From assembly GCA_046483495.1 (NCBI GenBank), contig JAWODC010000040.1, positions 56,510-120,509 on the forward strand: 64,000 nt of DNA, written 5' to 3'. The notes under the pieces were generated by a model. It was not told the DNA's origin, ran no database searches, and saw nothing but the letters and a program-made list of their open reading frames with translations. This DNA comes from Desulfobacterales bacterium (GTDB lineage: Bacteria > Desulfobacterota > Desulfobacteria > Desulfobacterales > UBA5616). Both the position numbers and the translations under genes were made by a program. Of this stretch, positions 49,102 through 59,119 are shown piece by piece; position 1 is the stretch's first letter, and every line of letters begins with the position of its first letter.

Positions 49102-49962
49102 ATGGAATTTACACAGATTACATACGAGGTGGAGGACCACGCCGCCGTCATTACATTAAACAGGCCGGATATGTTGAATGCCTGGACACCGACAATGATG
49201 GAAGAAATTCTTAAAGCGCTGGATTTGGTGGATGATGACGATGCCGTGCGAGGCGTGATTTTCACCGGTGCCGGTCGGGCATACTGTGCCGGTGCCGATC
49301 TGAGTGCCGGAGGATTTCGGCTGACCGGTGAAGGCGGAAAGGAGAAAACGTTCGTCCGGGACACGGCCGGACGGGTGACCTTGAGAATGTTCAATCTGAA
49401 AAAGCCGATCATCGGTGCCATAAACGGGCATGCCGTGGGTGTTGGGATTACCATGACTACGGCAATGGACATTCGAATTGCCTCCGAAGCCGCAACCAAA
49501 ATAGCATTCATCTTCAATCGTCGGGGAATCGTGCCGGAAGGATGCTGCACCTATTTTCTGCCGCGGATCATCGGCGTCAGCAAGGCAGCCGAATTGATTC
49601 TGACGGCCCGATTGTTTACCGCCCGGGAAGGGCTCGAGATGGGGCTGTTCAGCCGGGTCGTACCGCCGGACGAATTGATGCCGACCGCCAAAAAAATCAT
49701 TGCCGAGATCGCGGAAAACACATCGGCCGTTTCCACGGCACTGGCCCGGCAAATGGTATGGAAAATGCTGTCCGAAGCTCACCCCATGGCCGCCCACATC
49801 ATGGAATCGAGAGGCCTTACCTATATGTTCGCATCGGCCGACGGCAAAGAGGGGGCGGCTTCATTTGTGGAAAAGCGGCCGCCGGAATTCAGGATGAGAC
49901 CCAGCCGGGATATGCCTGATTTTTATCCCTGGTGGGATGAACCCGCCTGTCCGGAGGAATAG
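49102..49962 (+). CDS. Crotonase / enoyl-CoA hydratase family protein
   Basis: LNRPDMLNA, CAGADL, AINGHAVGVG, RGIVPEG. Confidence 0.9.
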   Translation: MEFTQITYEVEDHAAVITLNRPDMLNAWTPTMMEEILKALDLVDDDDAVRGVIFTGAGRAYCAGADLSAGGFRLTGEGGKEKTFVRDTAGRVTLRMFNLKKPIIGAINGHAVGVGITMTTAMDIRIASEAATKIAFIFNRRGIVPEGCCTYFLPRIIGVSKAAELILTARLFTAREGLEMGLFSRVVPPDELMPTAKKIIAEIAENTSAVSTALARQMVWKMLSEAHPMAAHIMESRGLTYMFASADGKEGAASFVEKRPPEFRMRPSRDMPDFYPWWDEPACPEE

Positions 49963-49987
49963 AACGAGATATACGGAGAAGCACGAT

Positions 49988-51427
49988 ATGATAACGAAAG
50001 AAGAATACCTCGACAGCATCCGCAAACTGGATCATACGGTTTATATTCAGGGCGATCGGGTTGAAAGTGTTGTCGATCACCCGATTTCACGGCCCCCGGC
50101 GATGGCCATGGCCGAAACCTATGCTCAGGCCGAAAAGGAGGAAAAAAAGGATCTCTATACGGCGGTTTCGCAGTTGACCGGCGAGCCGGTCAACCGCTTC
50201 ATTCACATCCAGCACACTGTCGAAGATCTCATCGCCAAAATACGCCTTCTTCGGGATATGGGCCGGGAGACCGCGTGCTGCTTTCAGCGGTGCGCGGGTC
50301 TGGACTGCGTCAACGCCGTATATTCCGTAACCTATGATATCGATCAGCAATTCAATACGCCCTATCATGAGCGATTTAGAACGTTCTTAACGTACCTGCA
50401 GAAAAACGATTTGTTCCCCGCCGCCTGTATGACCGATTCCAAAGGAGACCGTGGACTGCCGCCGTCACAACAGGCCGACAGGGACCAGTTTCTCCATGTC
50501 GTCGAGGAAAGAAAAAACGGAGTGGTGGTCAGGGGAGCGAAGCTTCACATTACCGGCGGCGTAAACGCCCATGAACTCATCGTTATGCCCACCCGGGCGC
50601 TGACCGAAGCGGACAGGGACTACGCCATCGCGTTTGCCGTTCCTGCGGATACCCGCGGGGTCACCATGATATACGGCAGGCAGCCCTCCGACACACGGCG
50701 CCTGGAGCCCGGCCGGTCGGATATCGGAAATCTTCGCTACGGCGGGTGTGAAGCCCTGGTGGTGTTCGACGATGTCTTCGTTCCCAATGAGCGCATCTTC
50801 ATGAAAGGGGAATACCCCTTTGCCGGAAAACTGGTTGAGCTGTTCGCGGCCAATCACCGGGCCAGCTACGGCGGATGCAAGGTGGGCGTCGGGGATGCCC
50901 TGATCGGCGCTACGGCATTGATCGCTGAACTTCAGGGAACCGAAAATTCCTCCCACGTGAAGGACAAAATCGCGGAGATGGTTCATCTCAATGAAACGCT
51001 GCATGCGGGCGCCCTGGCCAGTGCGGTAAAGGGGCATCTTACTCCCTGCGGCTCGTATTCGGTCGACCATCTCGCGGCAAACAGCTGCAAGCTGAACATC
51101 ACCCGATTTCCGTTCGAGATTTCGCGGTTGGCACAGGATATTGCGGGAGGGCTCCTGGTGACCATGCCGTCGATCGACGATTTGAAAAATGAATCCATCG
51201 GGCCTTATGTTCAGAAGTATTTCAGCGGAAAATCCGGAGTGGACAGCCAAACCCGGATGCGGCTGCTTCGGCTCATCGAAAACATTACCCTGGGCACCGG
51301 GGCCGTGTCCTATCTCACCGAATCGATACACGGGGCCGGTTCTCCGCAGGCGCAGAAGATCATGATCACCCGGCTCTCGGATATGCAGAAGGCAAAAGAA
51401 GCGGCAAAAAAACTTTGCGGACTATGA
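49988..51427 (+). CDS. abfD: 4-hydroxybutyryl-CoA dehydratase-like FAD/[4Fe-4S] enzyme
   Basis: CFQRC cluster ligands, MTDSKGDR, GAKLHITG, HRASYGGC (His/Cys ligands), ESIHGAGSPQAQ. Confidence 0.85.
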   Translation: MITKEEYLDSIRKLDHTVYIQGDRVESVVDHPISRPPAMAMAETYAQAEKEEKKDLYTAVSQLTGEPVNRFIHIQHTVEDLIAKIRLLRDMGRETACCFQRCAGLDCVNAVYSVTYDIDQQFNTPYHERFRTFLTYLQKNDLFPAACMTDSKGDRGLPPSQQADRDQFLHVVEERKNGVVVRGAKLHITGGVNAHELIVMPTRALTEADRDYAIAFAVPADTRGVTMIYGRQPSDTRRLEPGRSDIGNLRYGGCEALVVFDDVFVPNERIFMKGEYPFAGKLVELFAANHRASYGGCKVGVGDALIGATALIAELQGTENSSHVKDKIAEMVHLNETLHAGALASAVKGHLTPCGSYSVDHLAANSCKLNITRFPFEISRLAQDIAGGLLVTMPSIDDLKNESIGPYVQKYFSGKSGVDSQTRMRLLRLIENITLGTGAVSYLTESIHGAGSPQAQKIMITRLSDMQKAKEAAKKLCGL

Positions 51428-51620
51428 GGCGGTATGACAGAAAACCCTTGTTGGATTCCTGATCAAAGTGGAGACACAGGTAAAGCAGCAGTTTAGATCG
51501 TTTGGAGGTTCGCAATGGCTTTAGCGGCCTCTACGATCCCGATGACCCCACAAAGAACTTAAATTATCATATGGCTCCACACCGTGGGAGAGATTTGAGA
51601 CATCTTGCACCAATTCGCTA

Positions 51621-51764
51621 GAAGTGGTTCCAAAACTTTCAATCAGGTCCAAGATCAAGGCGGGAGGAAGGATTCAAGCGCAGGAATACATAACGTATTT
51701 TGAGCATTGAATCCTTCATCCCAACGCCGATATTGGGCCTGAGGGGATGTTTTGAAACCACTTC
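51621..51764 (+). mobile_element. ~144-bp palindromic MITE-like element, subfamily B
   Basis: Terminal IR GAAGTGGTTCCAAAAC/GTTTTGAAACCACTTC flanked by TA; core TCAAGGCG..CGCAGGAATA..TATTTTGAG..CAACGCCGA. Confidence 0.8.
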
Positions 51765-51791
51765 TAATAAAATCCTAACATTCTCATCATA
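51764..51791 (+). promoter_or_regulatory. Putative pho box upstream of phoB
   Basis: CTAATA/CTAACA/ATCATA at 11-bp period; TAATAAAATCCTAACA is identical to 55974-55989. Confidence 0.6.
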
Positions 51792-51950
51792 AAAGCGATG
51801 TTACAGTAATCCAGAGCTCTTCAGCCCTTGGGGCCGGATGGAAAATGGGCTGTTGAAAAGCGTTTCGTCCCTCTGTTTGTGGTTACAGGTCCGGACGGCA
51901 AATCACCCGCGCTATCGAATTCGGAAGGCTCGCTCTGGAAATAAAGGGAG

Positions 51951-52646
51951 TTGGAAATGGCAAAGAAAAACATACTGGCAATCGATGATGAAGAGGATAT
52001 CCTGGAATTGCTGCGGTACAATCTGGAAAGAGAAGGATTCGCCGTGGCCTGCGCAGACACGGGCGAGTCCGCCCTTCGAAAGGCCGTCGCTGAAAATTTC
52101 GATCTTATTCTACTGGATTTGATGCTGCCCGGCATCGACGGCCTGGAGGTGGCCCGGAGGCTGAAAAACGCTGCAAAAACCCGCACAGTACCCATTATCA
52201 TGCTGACGGCAAAGGGCGAGGAAGCGGATGTGGTTGCCGGACTTGAGCTCGGCGCGGACGATTATATCACCAAACCGTTCAGCCCCAGAGTTTTGGTCGC
52301 CCGGGTCAGGGCGGTTTTGAGAAGGGTGTCGGAAGAACCCGAAGACCCCCTTTCCGTTCTGCATATCGGGGAATTCGAAATACATCCCGGTCGAAGAACC
52401 GTTCATGTCAACGGCGAATTCGTGGCGCTCACATTTACCGAATTTCAGATTCTTCACACACTGGCACGCCGGCCCGGATGGGTGTATACACGCTACCAAA
52501 TCGTCGAGGCCGTCAGGGGCGACGACTATCCGGTAACCGACCGTTCGGTCGATGTTCAGATTGTCGGCATTCGAAAAAAACTGGGCCGGTATGGGGATTA
52601 TATCGAGACCGTCAGGGGCGTGGGATACCGGTTCAAGGAGATTTGA
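51951..52646 (+). CDS. phoB: OmpR-family response regulator PhoB
   Basis: REC plus wHTH (LDLMLPG, KPFSPR, RSVDV, IETVRGVGYRF); adjacent to phoR and pst. Confidence 0.85.
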   Translation: MEMAKKNILAIDDEEDILELLRYNLEREGFAVACADTGESALRKAVAENFDLILLDLMLPGIDGLEVARRLKNAAKTRTVPIIMLTAKGEEADVVAGLELGADDYITKPFSPRVLVARVRAVLRRVSEEPEDPLSVLHIGEFEIHPGRRTVHVNGEFVALTFTEFQILHTLARRPGWVYTRYQIVEAVRGDDYPVTDRSVDVQIVGIRKKLGRYGDYIETVRGVGYRFKEI

Positions 52647-54457
52647 TGAAGAAACGGAAAATCATTTGGCAAATCTACCCCACCTATCTTCTCATCCTCT
52701 TCATCTCTCTTATCGCCGTATCCTGGGGGGCCTTTCATTCATTCAAAGGATTTTACCTGACACAGACCTCGCAGGACCTGGAATCCAGGGCCAGGATTTT
52801 TCAGCCTCAAATCATGGCTTATCTGCTGCAAAATGCCCCGGAAAAAATCGACGCGATATGCGAAAAAGTCGGTGAAGCGTCCGCTACCCGATTAACGGTG
52901 ATTCTCCCCAACGGACGCGTGGTCGGCGATTCCGATGAAGAGCCGGACCGAATGGACCTTCACTCCACCCGTGAAGAGATTCTTGCGGCCCGAAAAGGGG
53001 AGGTAGGCAAATCGGTCCGGTTCAGCACAACACTGGAACAAAACATGATGTATGTGGCCATCCCGCTCTTTTTCGACGAAAATATCATCGGCGTGCTGCG
53101 TACCGCTATTCCCATAGAAGACGTCGATATGGAAATCAGGGAGGTTTGGCTGAAGTTGGCGTTCAGCGGTGCTGTTATCGCCGTTATTCTGGCGGGGATC
53201 AGCCTTTTGGCAGCCCGGCGGTTCAGCCGTCCCATCAGAGAGATGAAGGACGTTGCCGATCGGTTTGCCGAAGGGGATTTGACCCGACGGGCCGGCGAGT
53301 ACGACACCGAGGAACTGGCCGGGCTTTCCGATGCCATGAACCGCATGGCCAAAGAGCTGAATAACCGCATCAACACCATCATCAGGCAGAAAAACGAACT
53401 GGAAACGGTGCTTTCCAGCATGATGGAAGGCGTGGTGGCGGTCGACGGGGATGAAAAGATCATCAACATCAACGCGTCGGCCGCGGCCATGCTCGACATC
53501 GATCCGGAGTTCTGCAAAGGCCGCAGCATTCAGGAGACGGTCCGAAATGTTTCCTTCCAGCGCCTCGTTTCCAAGGCGCTGTCGCAGGCGAAAGTGGTGA
53601 GCACCGATATCGTTCTCTACAACGGGGAAGAACGCATTCTAAAAGTGCACAGCTCTCCGATTGTCGATGCCGCCGGCAAAAAATTGGGCACACTGATTGT
53701 CATGGATGATGTGAGCCGGCTTCGCCGGCTGGAAAATGTGCGCCGTGATTTTGTGGCCAACGTTTCGCATGAGATCAAGACTCCCTTAACGGCTATCAAG
53801 GGGTTCGTGGAAACGCTGCAACATGACCTGGCGGACAGTGGCAAGGAAGATTCGAAGCGATTCTTGATGATTATTTTAAAACACGTTGACCGGCTAAACG
53901 CCATAGTCGAAGATCTTCTGTCCTTGTCGAAAATCGAAGGCGACAAAAACGGTAAAATAATCAACCGAAGGCGAAGTGATATCAAGGAAATCCTCGATAC
54001 GGCCGTTCAGGTATGCCGCCCCGAGGCCGAAAAAAAGAACATTTCGATCTCCATGAAAATAACATCCCCTCTCGTTGCGGATATCGATATCACCCTGTTC
54101 GAGCAGGCGGTGATCAATATTTTGGATAATGCCGTAAAGTACAGCGGGGAAAACAGCAGCGTGGAAATCGAAGCAGGTGAGGACGCTTCGGACATCGTTG
54201 TCCATATCACCGATCACGGCATCGGTATTTCAAAAGAACATCTGCCGAGGCTCTTCGAGCGATTTTACCGGGTGGACAAGGCCCGAAGCCGCAAAATCGG
54301 GGGGACCGGATTGGGACTGTCCATTGTCAAGCATATCGTTCAGGCCCATGGCGGAAAGGTTACCGCCGAAAGCACCCTCGGAAAGGGCACCACATTTTCC
54401 ATTCGCCTGCCCAAGAGGGGGGTCCAGGAATTTCCGCTACCGTCCGACCCGGACTGA
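52646..54457 (+). CDS. phoR: Sensor histidine kinase PhoR (HAMP, PAS, HisKA, HATPase)
   Basis: RRDFVANVSHEIKTPLT, NILDNAVKY, RLFERFYRVDKARSR, GGTGLGLSIVKH. Confidence 0.9.
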   Translation: MKKRKIIWQIYPTYLLILFISLIAVSWGAFHSFKGFYLTQTSQDLESRARIFQPQIMAYLLQNAPEKIDAICEKVGEASATRLTVILPNGRVVGDSDEEPDRMDLHSTREEILAARKGEVGKSVRFSTTLEQNMMYVAIPLFFDENIIGVLRTAIPIEDVDMEIREVWLKLAFSGAVIAVILAGISLLAARRFSRPIREMKDVADRFAEGDLTRRAGEYDTEELAGLSDAMNRMAKELNNRINTIIRQKNELETVLSSMMEGVVAVDGDEKIININASAAAMLDIDPEFCKGRSIQETVRNVSFQRLVSKALSQAKVVSTDIVLYNGEERILKVHSSPIVDAAGKKLGTLIVMDDVSRLRRLENVRRDFVANVSHEIKTPLTAIKGFVETLQHDLADSGKEDSKRFLMIILKHVDRLNAIVEDLLSLSKIEGDKNGKIINRRRSDIKEILDTAVQVCRPEAEKKNISISMKITSPLVADIDITLFEQAVINILDNAVKYSGENSSVEIEAGEDASDIVVHITDHGIGISKEHLPRLFERFYRVDKARSRKIGGTGLGLSIVKHIVQAHGGKVTAESTLGKGTTFSIRLPKRGVQEFPLPSDPD

Positions 54458-54482
54458 AAAGCCTTTGCAAACGCTGAATACG

Positions 54483-54517
54483 AAAGAAGCCCGTGGCCTG
54501 ATGCCATGGGCTTCTTT
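54483..54517. terminator. Bidirectional terminator between phoR and the porin gene
   Basis: AAAGAAGCCCGTGGC-ctgat-GCCATGGGCTTCTTT. Confidence 0.75.
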
Positions 54518-54544
54518 ATCCCCGTTCTTTTTTTAACCATACTA

Positions 54545-55675
54545 TTAAAATTTAACCACTAAATCCACCTGCAACAGATTTTCTTCCTCGACGCCATCGA
54601 TGCTTCCCTTGATAACTTCGGATTGATAGTAATCCAACCCTAAGGATACATTCTTGGCCAGACCGAGGACAAACTCATATTCCATTCCCTCGACATTGGT
54701 CGCACCGCCGAGAAAATCGGAATCCGGCAGAAAATCAAGCCAGGCATTCTGTTCCAGGTGCCTGTAGTTGACCTTGACCTGCCAGTCCATGAAATTTTTG
54801 ACCTTTTTCCTGCCGAATTTGACGCCGTAGAGATATCCGGTGTCCTCATCGTCGACATCAGCCGTCACATACTGGCCGAATGCGGCAACGAATACCGGCA
54901 GTCCGGTGAGTCCGACCTCCGCTTCCAAGGAATAGGCGTCATGATCATATTCCCAATTTCCATCGATATCCGTCGTGTTGGTTTCAGCGCTGTGTTCGGA
55001 CCAGTCGTTTCCTTCGATGTTGTTATTGGCGTAATACGTACCGGCAAAGGTGATGTATCCCGGCATTGCAAAATCCAGTTTGACCCCCGCCTGCAGGGCC
55101 AGCATGGTGGGAAGATCTTCGGTTTCGGTGTCCTTCCATTCGTCAAGCACGAATACAGCCGGTGTGAAAAATAAGGAAGTATTTTCAGCTGCATCGAAGT
55201 CGAAAACGGCGGCAACACCGTCCGTGGTGATGTCCGAGTCCCACAATAGATCTTTGGGATTCCAGATCGGGTTCTTGAATTTGCCGGCAAGCACGCTTAC
55301 GGGTCCGGTGTGAAATTCGGCATAGGCATAATTGAGCCTCGCATCACCCGTTTCAAAGGTGTCTTCGAGGGTCTGGTTGGTGGACCGGGGATCGTCGCCG
55401 CCCGAGGCCAGACCGAATCCTGCAGACCAGTAGTCATTGATTTGGGTTTCGAAACCGGCACGCCAACGAACTCTAAAACGGCTGTTCTCGCCACCTTCAT
55501 CGATCGGATCCCGTTCTTCATCCTGATAGCGAACCCTCACATCCCCTTTGAATTTCATATTCGAAATCCATTCGGGAAGATCCACTGCCTTTGCTTTGGA
55601 TGGAGATGCGCAGAACAATGAAATCGCCAGTACAAACACACTCGCTGCGGTAATGAAAATACATGCTCGTTTCAT
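54545..55675 (-). CDS. Putative outer-membrane porin (probably phosphate-regulated)
   Basis: Signal peptide; GDVRVRYQ, R.R.R.G, DPRSTNQTL, WDSDI..DG, C-terminal QVDLVVKF. Confidence 0.85.
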   Translation of the reverse strand: MKRACIFITAASVFVLAISLFCASPSKAKAVDLPEWISNMKFKGDVRVRYQDEERDPIDEGGENSRFRVRWRAGFETQINDYWSAGFGLASGGDDPRSTNQTLEDTFETGDARLNYAYAEFHTGPVSVLAGKFKNPIWNPKDLLWDSDITTDGVAAVFDFDAAENTSLFFTPAVFVLDEWKDTETEDLPTMLALQAGVKLDFAMPGYITFAGTYYANNNIEGNDWSEHSAETNTTDIDGNWEYDHDAYSLEAEVGLTGLPVFVAAFGQYVTADVDDEDTGYLYGVKFGRKKVKNFMDWQVKVNYRHLEQNAWLDFLPDSDFLGGATNVEGMEYEFVLGLAKNVSLGLDYYQSEVIKGSIDGVEEENLLQVDLVVKF

Positions 55676-55840
55676 GTTTTTCTCCTTTCAAGAAATGTCT
55701 TTTGATTGAACCCTCAAAATGTTTCTCCGATTTGTGAACCTCTTTCTTCTCCTCCTCACCTCCTTTTCCAAAATTGATGGCAAGCTCACGTTAAGGCGGT
55801 GAAGCACTTGCGTTGCTTCCCGCATGCAGCAAAAGGGTTA

Positions 55841-55890
55841 AATTAAAATTGTGTTCAGCTAAAATTAATAAATTGTTAGAAACGCGTTAA
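55841..55890 (-). promoter_or_regulatory. Five 11-bp-periodic pho-box-like half-sites upstream of the porin gene
   Basis: Minus strand TTAACG, CTAACA, TTAATT, TGAACA, TTAATT. Confidence 0.6.
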
Positions 55891-55950
55891 ATTTTACTTT
55901 TCAGGATTGTCGTGAAAAAAGGAGGGGTGGTGAAGCCTTTAAACGCGGTT

Positions 55951-55989
55951 TTGACCAAAATTTAATATTTGATTAATAAAATCCTAACA
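55951..55989 (+). promoter_or_regulatory. Four 11-bp-periodic pho-box-like half-sites
   Basis: TTGACC 55951, TTAATA 55962, TTAATA 55973, CTAACA 55984. Confidence 0.6.
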
Positions 55990-56126
55990 GTAAATGATCA
56001 TATTCGCTTCGTCTTGAATTTCGGCGGCCCCCTTTTCGGGCAAAGGAGGTGATACGGCAAAAATTACCCTTTTCAATGATCGTGTTTTAGGTGAGTGCGA
56101 AGATGAAATTTAAAAAAAAATACCGA

Positions 56127-56145
56127 TTCTAACACAATTCTAACA
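56127..56145 (+). promoter_or_regulatory. Pho box upstream of pstS
   Basis: TTCTAACA-caa-TTCTAACA, 11-bp period. Confidence 0.65.
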
Positions 56146-56314
56146 ATTTGCTGTTTAAAAGACAGAAAACGATTACAATCGTGTTGATCCAAAAGCGGCA
56201 TGCTGCGGTCCTGAGCGCTTTCGGCCCTTTTAAACGATTATTAAAAGGAAAGCAGGACTTCAGGCCCTATCCGCCGCTTCTGGATAGACACCCAACCAAC
56301 TCGATGGAGGAATT

Positions 56315-57133
56315 ATGAAAAAATTGCTCATTTCGGCATTTGCCGCGGCAAGTCTCTTAATTGTCTCGACGTCTCAGGTATGGGCGGAAACAATCGTAAT
56401 CAAAGGATCCACCACCGTGCTGCCCATCGCCCAGAAAGCGGTGGAGGCTTACATGAAGAAACATCCGGACATAAAGATTTCCCTCTCCGGCGGCGGATCG
56501 AGCAACGGCATCAAGGCGATCATCGACGGCTCCACGGATATCGCCAATGCCTCGCGGTTCATCAAGGATAAAGAAGTGTCCATGGCGGTGGAAAAGGGCG
56601 TCTATCCCGTTCCTTTCGCCATTGCCTACGACAGTATCATACCCGTGGTCCATCCCGGCAACCCGGTTGATAATCTGACCATCGACCAGTTAAGGGCCAT
56701 TTATAAAGGTGAAATCACCAACTGGAAAGAAATCGGCGGCCCGGACCTGAAGATCGTGATCAATTCCCGGGACACTTCCTCCGGCACGTATGAAACCTGG
56801 GAAGGGAAGGTGATGAACAAGGAGCGCGTCACACCGGCCGCCCAGGTCATGGCCTCCAACGGCGCCATCGTACAGGCGGTTTCCAACAACAAGCACGCCA
56901 TCGGGTATATCGGCATCGGCTACGTGAATGATTCCGTAAAAGGGTTGACCGTCAACGGCATCAGGGGATCGGAGGAAACGACGCTTGACGGCACTTACCC
57001 CATCAGCCGACCGCTGTTCATGTTCACCAATGGATGGCCCGAGGGTGAAGTTCTGAATTTCATCAATTTCGTGCTGCATCCCACAAAAGGCCAGGATCTG
57101 GTCGCCGAAAGCGGATATGTCAGGCTGTACTAA
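56315..57133 (+). CDS. pstS: Phosphate ABC transporter substrate-binding protein
   Basis: Signal peptide; KGSTTVLP, GGGSSNG, SRDTSSGT, YPISRPL. Confidence 0.95.
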   Translation: MKKLLISAFAAASLLIVSTSQVWAETIVIKGSTTVLPIAQKAVEAYMKKHPDIKISLSGGGSSNGIKAIIDGSTDIANASRFIKDKEVSMAVEKGVYPVPFAIAYDSIIPVVHPGNPVDNLTIDQLRAIYKGEITNWKEIGGPDLKIVINSRDTSSGTYETWEGKVMNKERVTPAAQVMASNGAIVQAVSNNKHAIGYIGIGYVNDSVKGLTVNGIRGSEETTLDGTYPISRPLFMFTNGWPEGEVLNFINFVLHPTKGQDLVAESGYVRLY

Positions 57134-57151
57134 ATCCCAAACAACCGGTAT

Positions 57152-57202
57152 GCTTAGAACGCCGGGTGCGCCAAGCGCAATGGCGGTGCCCCGGCTCTAA
57201 GC
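57152..57202 (+). other. Intercistronic stem-loop between pstS and pstC
   Basis: GCTTAGA..GCCGGG..CGCCA / TGGCG..CCCGGC TCTAAGC; no U tail. Confidence 0.55.
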
Positions 57203-57239
57203 GCCTGTGTGAAACGTTTTTGAGATGAATCGGTAACTC

Positions 57240-58223
57240 ATGGATAAAGGCACTCACATAATCTTGGAAAAAGGATTCTCGGCATCGGCGCCGGCTCAAC
57301 CCGTCAGGCGGTTTTGGGTGCGCAAAAATAGGGCAAAACGGCGTGAAACAACAGAGAAAACGATTCGCGCGGGATTTTTTGTCATTGCATTTGCCTCCAT
57401 TCTGGCCCTGTTTCTGATCATGCTGTTTTTGTTTAAGGAGGGTTTGCCGATTTTCAAGGTGGTCTCCCTTCAGGATTTTATTTTCGGGGAATATTGGTAC
57501 CCCACATCCGATCCACCGGATTACGGCATTTTCCCGCTCATCATCGCATCGCTGACGGTAACGGCGCTTTCGGCGGCCATTTCCATTCCTTTAGGGGTGA
57601 TGACGGCCGTTTATCTGGCCGAAATAGCCGGCAAACGAACCGGCGAAATTGTAAAGCCCGTCGTGGAGCTGCTCGCCGCTTTGCCTTCCGTGGTCATCGG
57701 CTTTTTCGGCATGGTGCTGGTCGCACCGTTTCTGCAGGAAGTATTCGATTTGCCCACGGGCTTGAATCTTTTCAACGCCTCCCTGATGCTGGCCTTCATG
57801 TCCATTCCGACCATTTGCAGCATATCCGAAGATGCGATTCACAGTGTTCCGCCGGCTTTGAAGGAAGCGAGCATGGCGCTTGGTGCCACGCATTGGGAAA
57901 CTATCATTCGGGTGCTGATACCGGCCTCGATATCCGGCATTTCTACGGCAGTGATTCTCGGAATGGCACGGGCGATCGGGGAAACCATGGTGGTGCTGAT
58001 GGTGGCCGGCGGCGCCGCCATGGTGCCCGGCTCTGTTTTCGATCCGGTCAGGCCGATGCCGGCGAGCATCGCAGCAGAAATGGCCGAAGCCCCGGTGGGC
58101 GGCAATCACTACCACGCGCTGTTTGCGATCGGCATCGTGCTGTTCGTGTTTACGCTGATTTTTAATTTTATTGCTGATCAGGTGGCTCATCGTTTCCGGC
58201 AGACGGGCGAAGCCACACTGTAA
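57240..58223 (+). CDS. pstC: Phosphate ABC transporter permease PstC
   Basis: ELLAALPSVVIG, EASMALGAT.W, RAIGETM. Confidence 0.95.
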   Translation: MDKGTHIILEKGFSASAPAQPVRRFWVRKNRAKRRETTEKTIRAGFFVIAFASILALFLIMLFLFKEGLPIFKVVSLQDFIFGEYWYPTSDPPDYGIFPLIIASLTVTALSAAISIPLGVMTAVYLAEIAGKRTGEIVKPVVELLAALPSVVIGFFGMVLVAPFLQEVFDLPTGLNLFNASLMLAFMSIPTICSISEDAIHSVPPALKEASMALGATHWETIIRVLIPASISGISTAVILGMARAIGETMVVLMVAGGAAMVPGSVFDPVRPMPASIAAEMAEAPVGGNHYHALFAIGIVLFVFTLIFNFIADQVAHRFRQTGEATL

Positions 58224-58234
58224 GGGCAGGTAGG

Positions 58235-59110
58235 ATGAAATTATTTTTTCCCCAAAAACTTCAGTTCGGCAGAAAGGCTGTTCAGGGGGTGCTGTTTTCA
58301 CTTTTCAGAATCAGTGCCCTGATTAACGGGGCAGCCCTTTTTGTCATCGTGTTCTTCATTGTCAAAAACGGATGGCGGGCCATCGACTGGACATTTCTCA
58401 CCCAACCGCCGATGGATTCGATGACACGGGGCGGCATTATGCCCGCTATCGTGGGTACGTTCTGCCTGAGCATGGGGGCGATTCTGGTTGCCATGCCGAT
58501 CGGGGCGGCCTCCGCCATCTATTTGAACGAATATGCCGGTCCCGGTAAAATCATGCGGATCATTCGACTGGGCATCAACAACCTCGCCGGTGTACCGTCC
58601 GTGGTGTTCGGGCTTTTCGGACTGGCGTTTTTCGTTGTCATATTGAATATGGGTGTCAGCATCCTTGCAGGGGCCCTTACCCTCGGGGTGATGACGCTGC
58701 CCGTAGTCATTGGTGCTACGGAGGAGGCATTGAAGGCCGTTCCCGATACTTACCGGGAAGCATCACTCGGGCTGGGGGCCACCAAATGGCAGACCATTCG
58801 GCGGGTTGTTCTTCCCGCGGCCATGCCCGGAATTCTGACCGGCGCAATTCTGGGCATCAGCCGCGCCGCCGGAGAAACCGCACCCATTATGTTCACCGGT
58901 GCGGTCTTTTTTTCCCCAACCTTGCCGACGTCCATTTTTCATGAAGTCATGGCCTTGCCGTACCATATCTATGTAATGGCCACCGCCGGTACGAACATCG
59001 CGCAAACCCGTCATCTTCAGTATGGTACGGCAATCGTTTTAATCGTCCTGGTCCTTGGCATGAATCTGTTGGCCGTTGTTTACCGATCCCGGTTGCGGAG
59101 GCGATTGTAA
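58235..59110 (+). CDS. pstA: Phosphate ABC transporter permease PstA
   Basis: LAGVPSVVFGLFG, REASLGLGATKWQ, RAAGETAP. Confidence 0.95.
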   Translation: MKLFFPQKLQFGRKAVQGVLFSLFRISALINGAALFVIVFFIVKNGWRAIDWTFLTQPPMDSMTRGGIMPAIVGTFCLSMGAILVAMPIGAASAIYLNEYAGPGKIMRIIRLGINNLAGVPSVVFGLFGLAFFVVILNMGVSILAGALTLGVMTLPVVIGATEEALKAVPDTYREASLGLGATKWQTIRRVVLPAAMPGILTGAILGISRAAGETAPIMFTGAVFFSPTLPTSIFHEVMALPYHIYVMATAGTNIAQTRHLQYGTAIVLIVLVLGMNLLAVVYRSRLRRRL

Positions 59111-59119
59111 TGCTATATT

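Noticed and set aside
51430..51618. Short ORFs or gene remnant after abfD
   Set aside because: No recognisable motif or RBS-supported ORF
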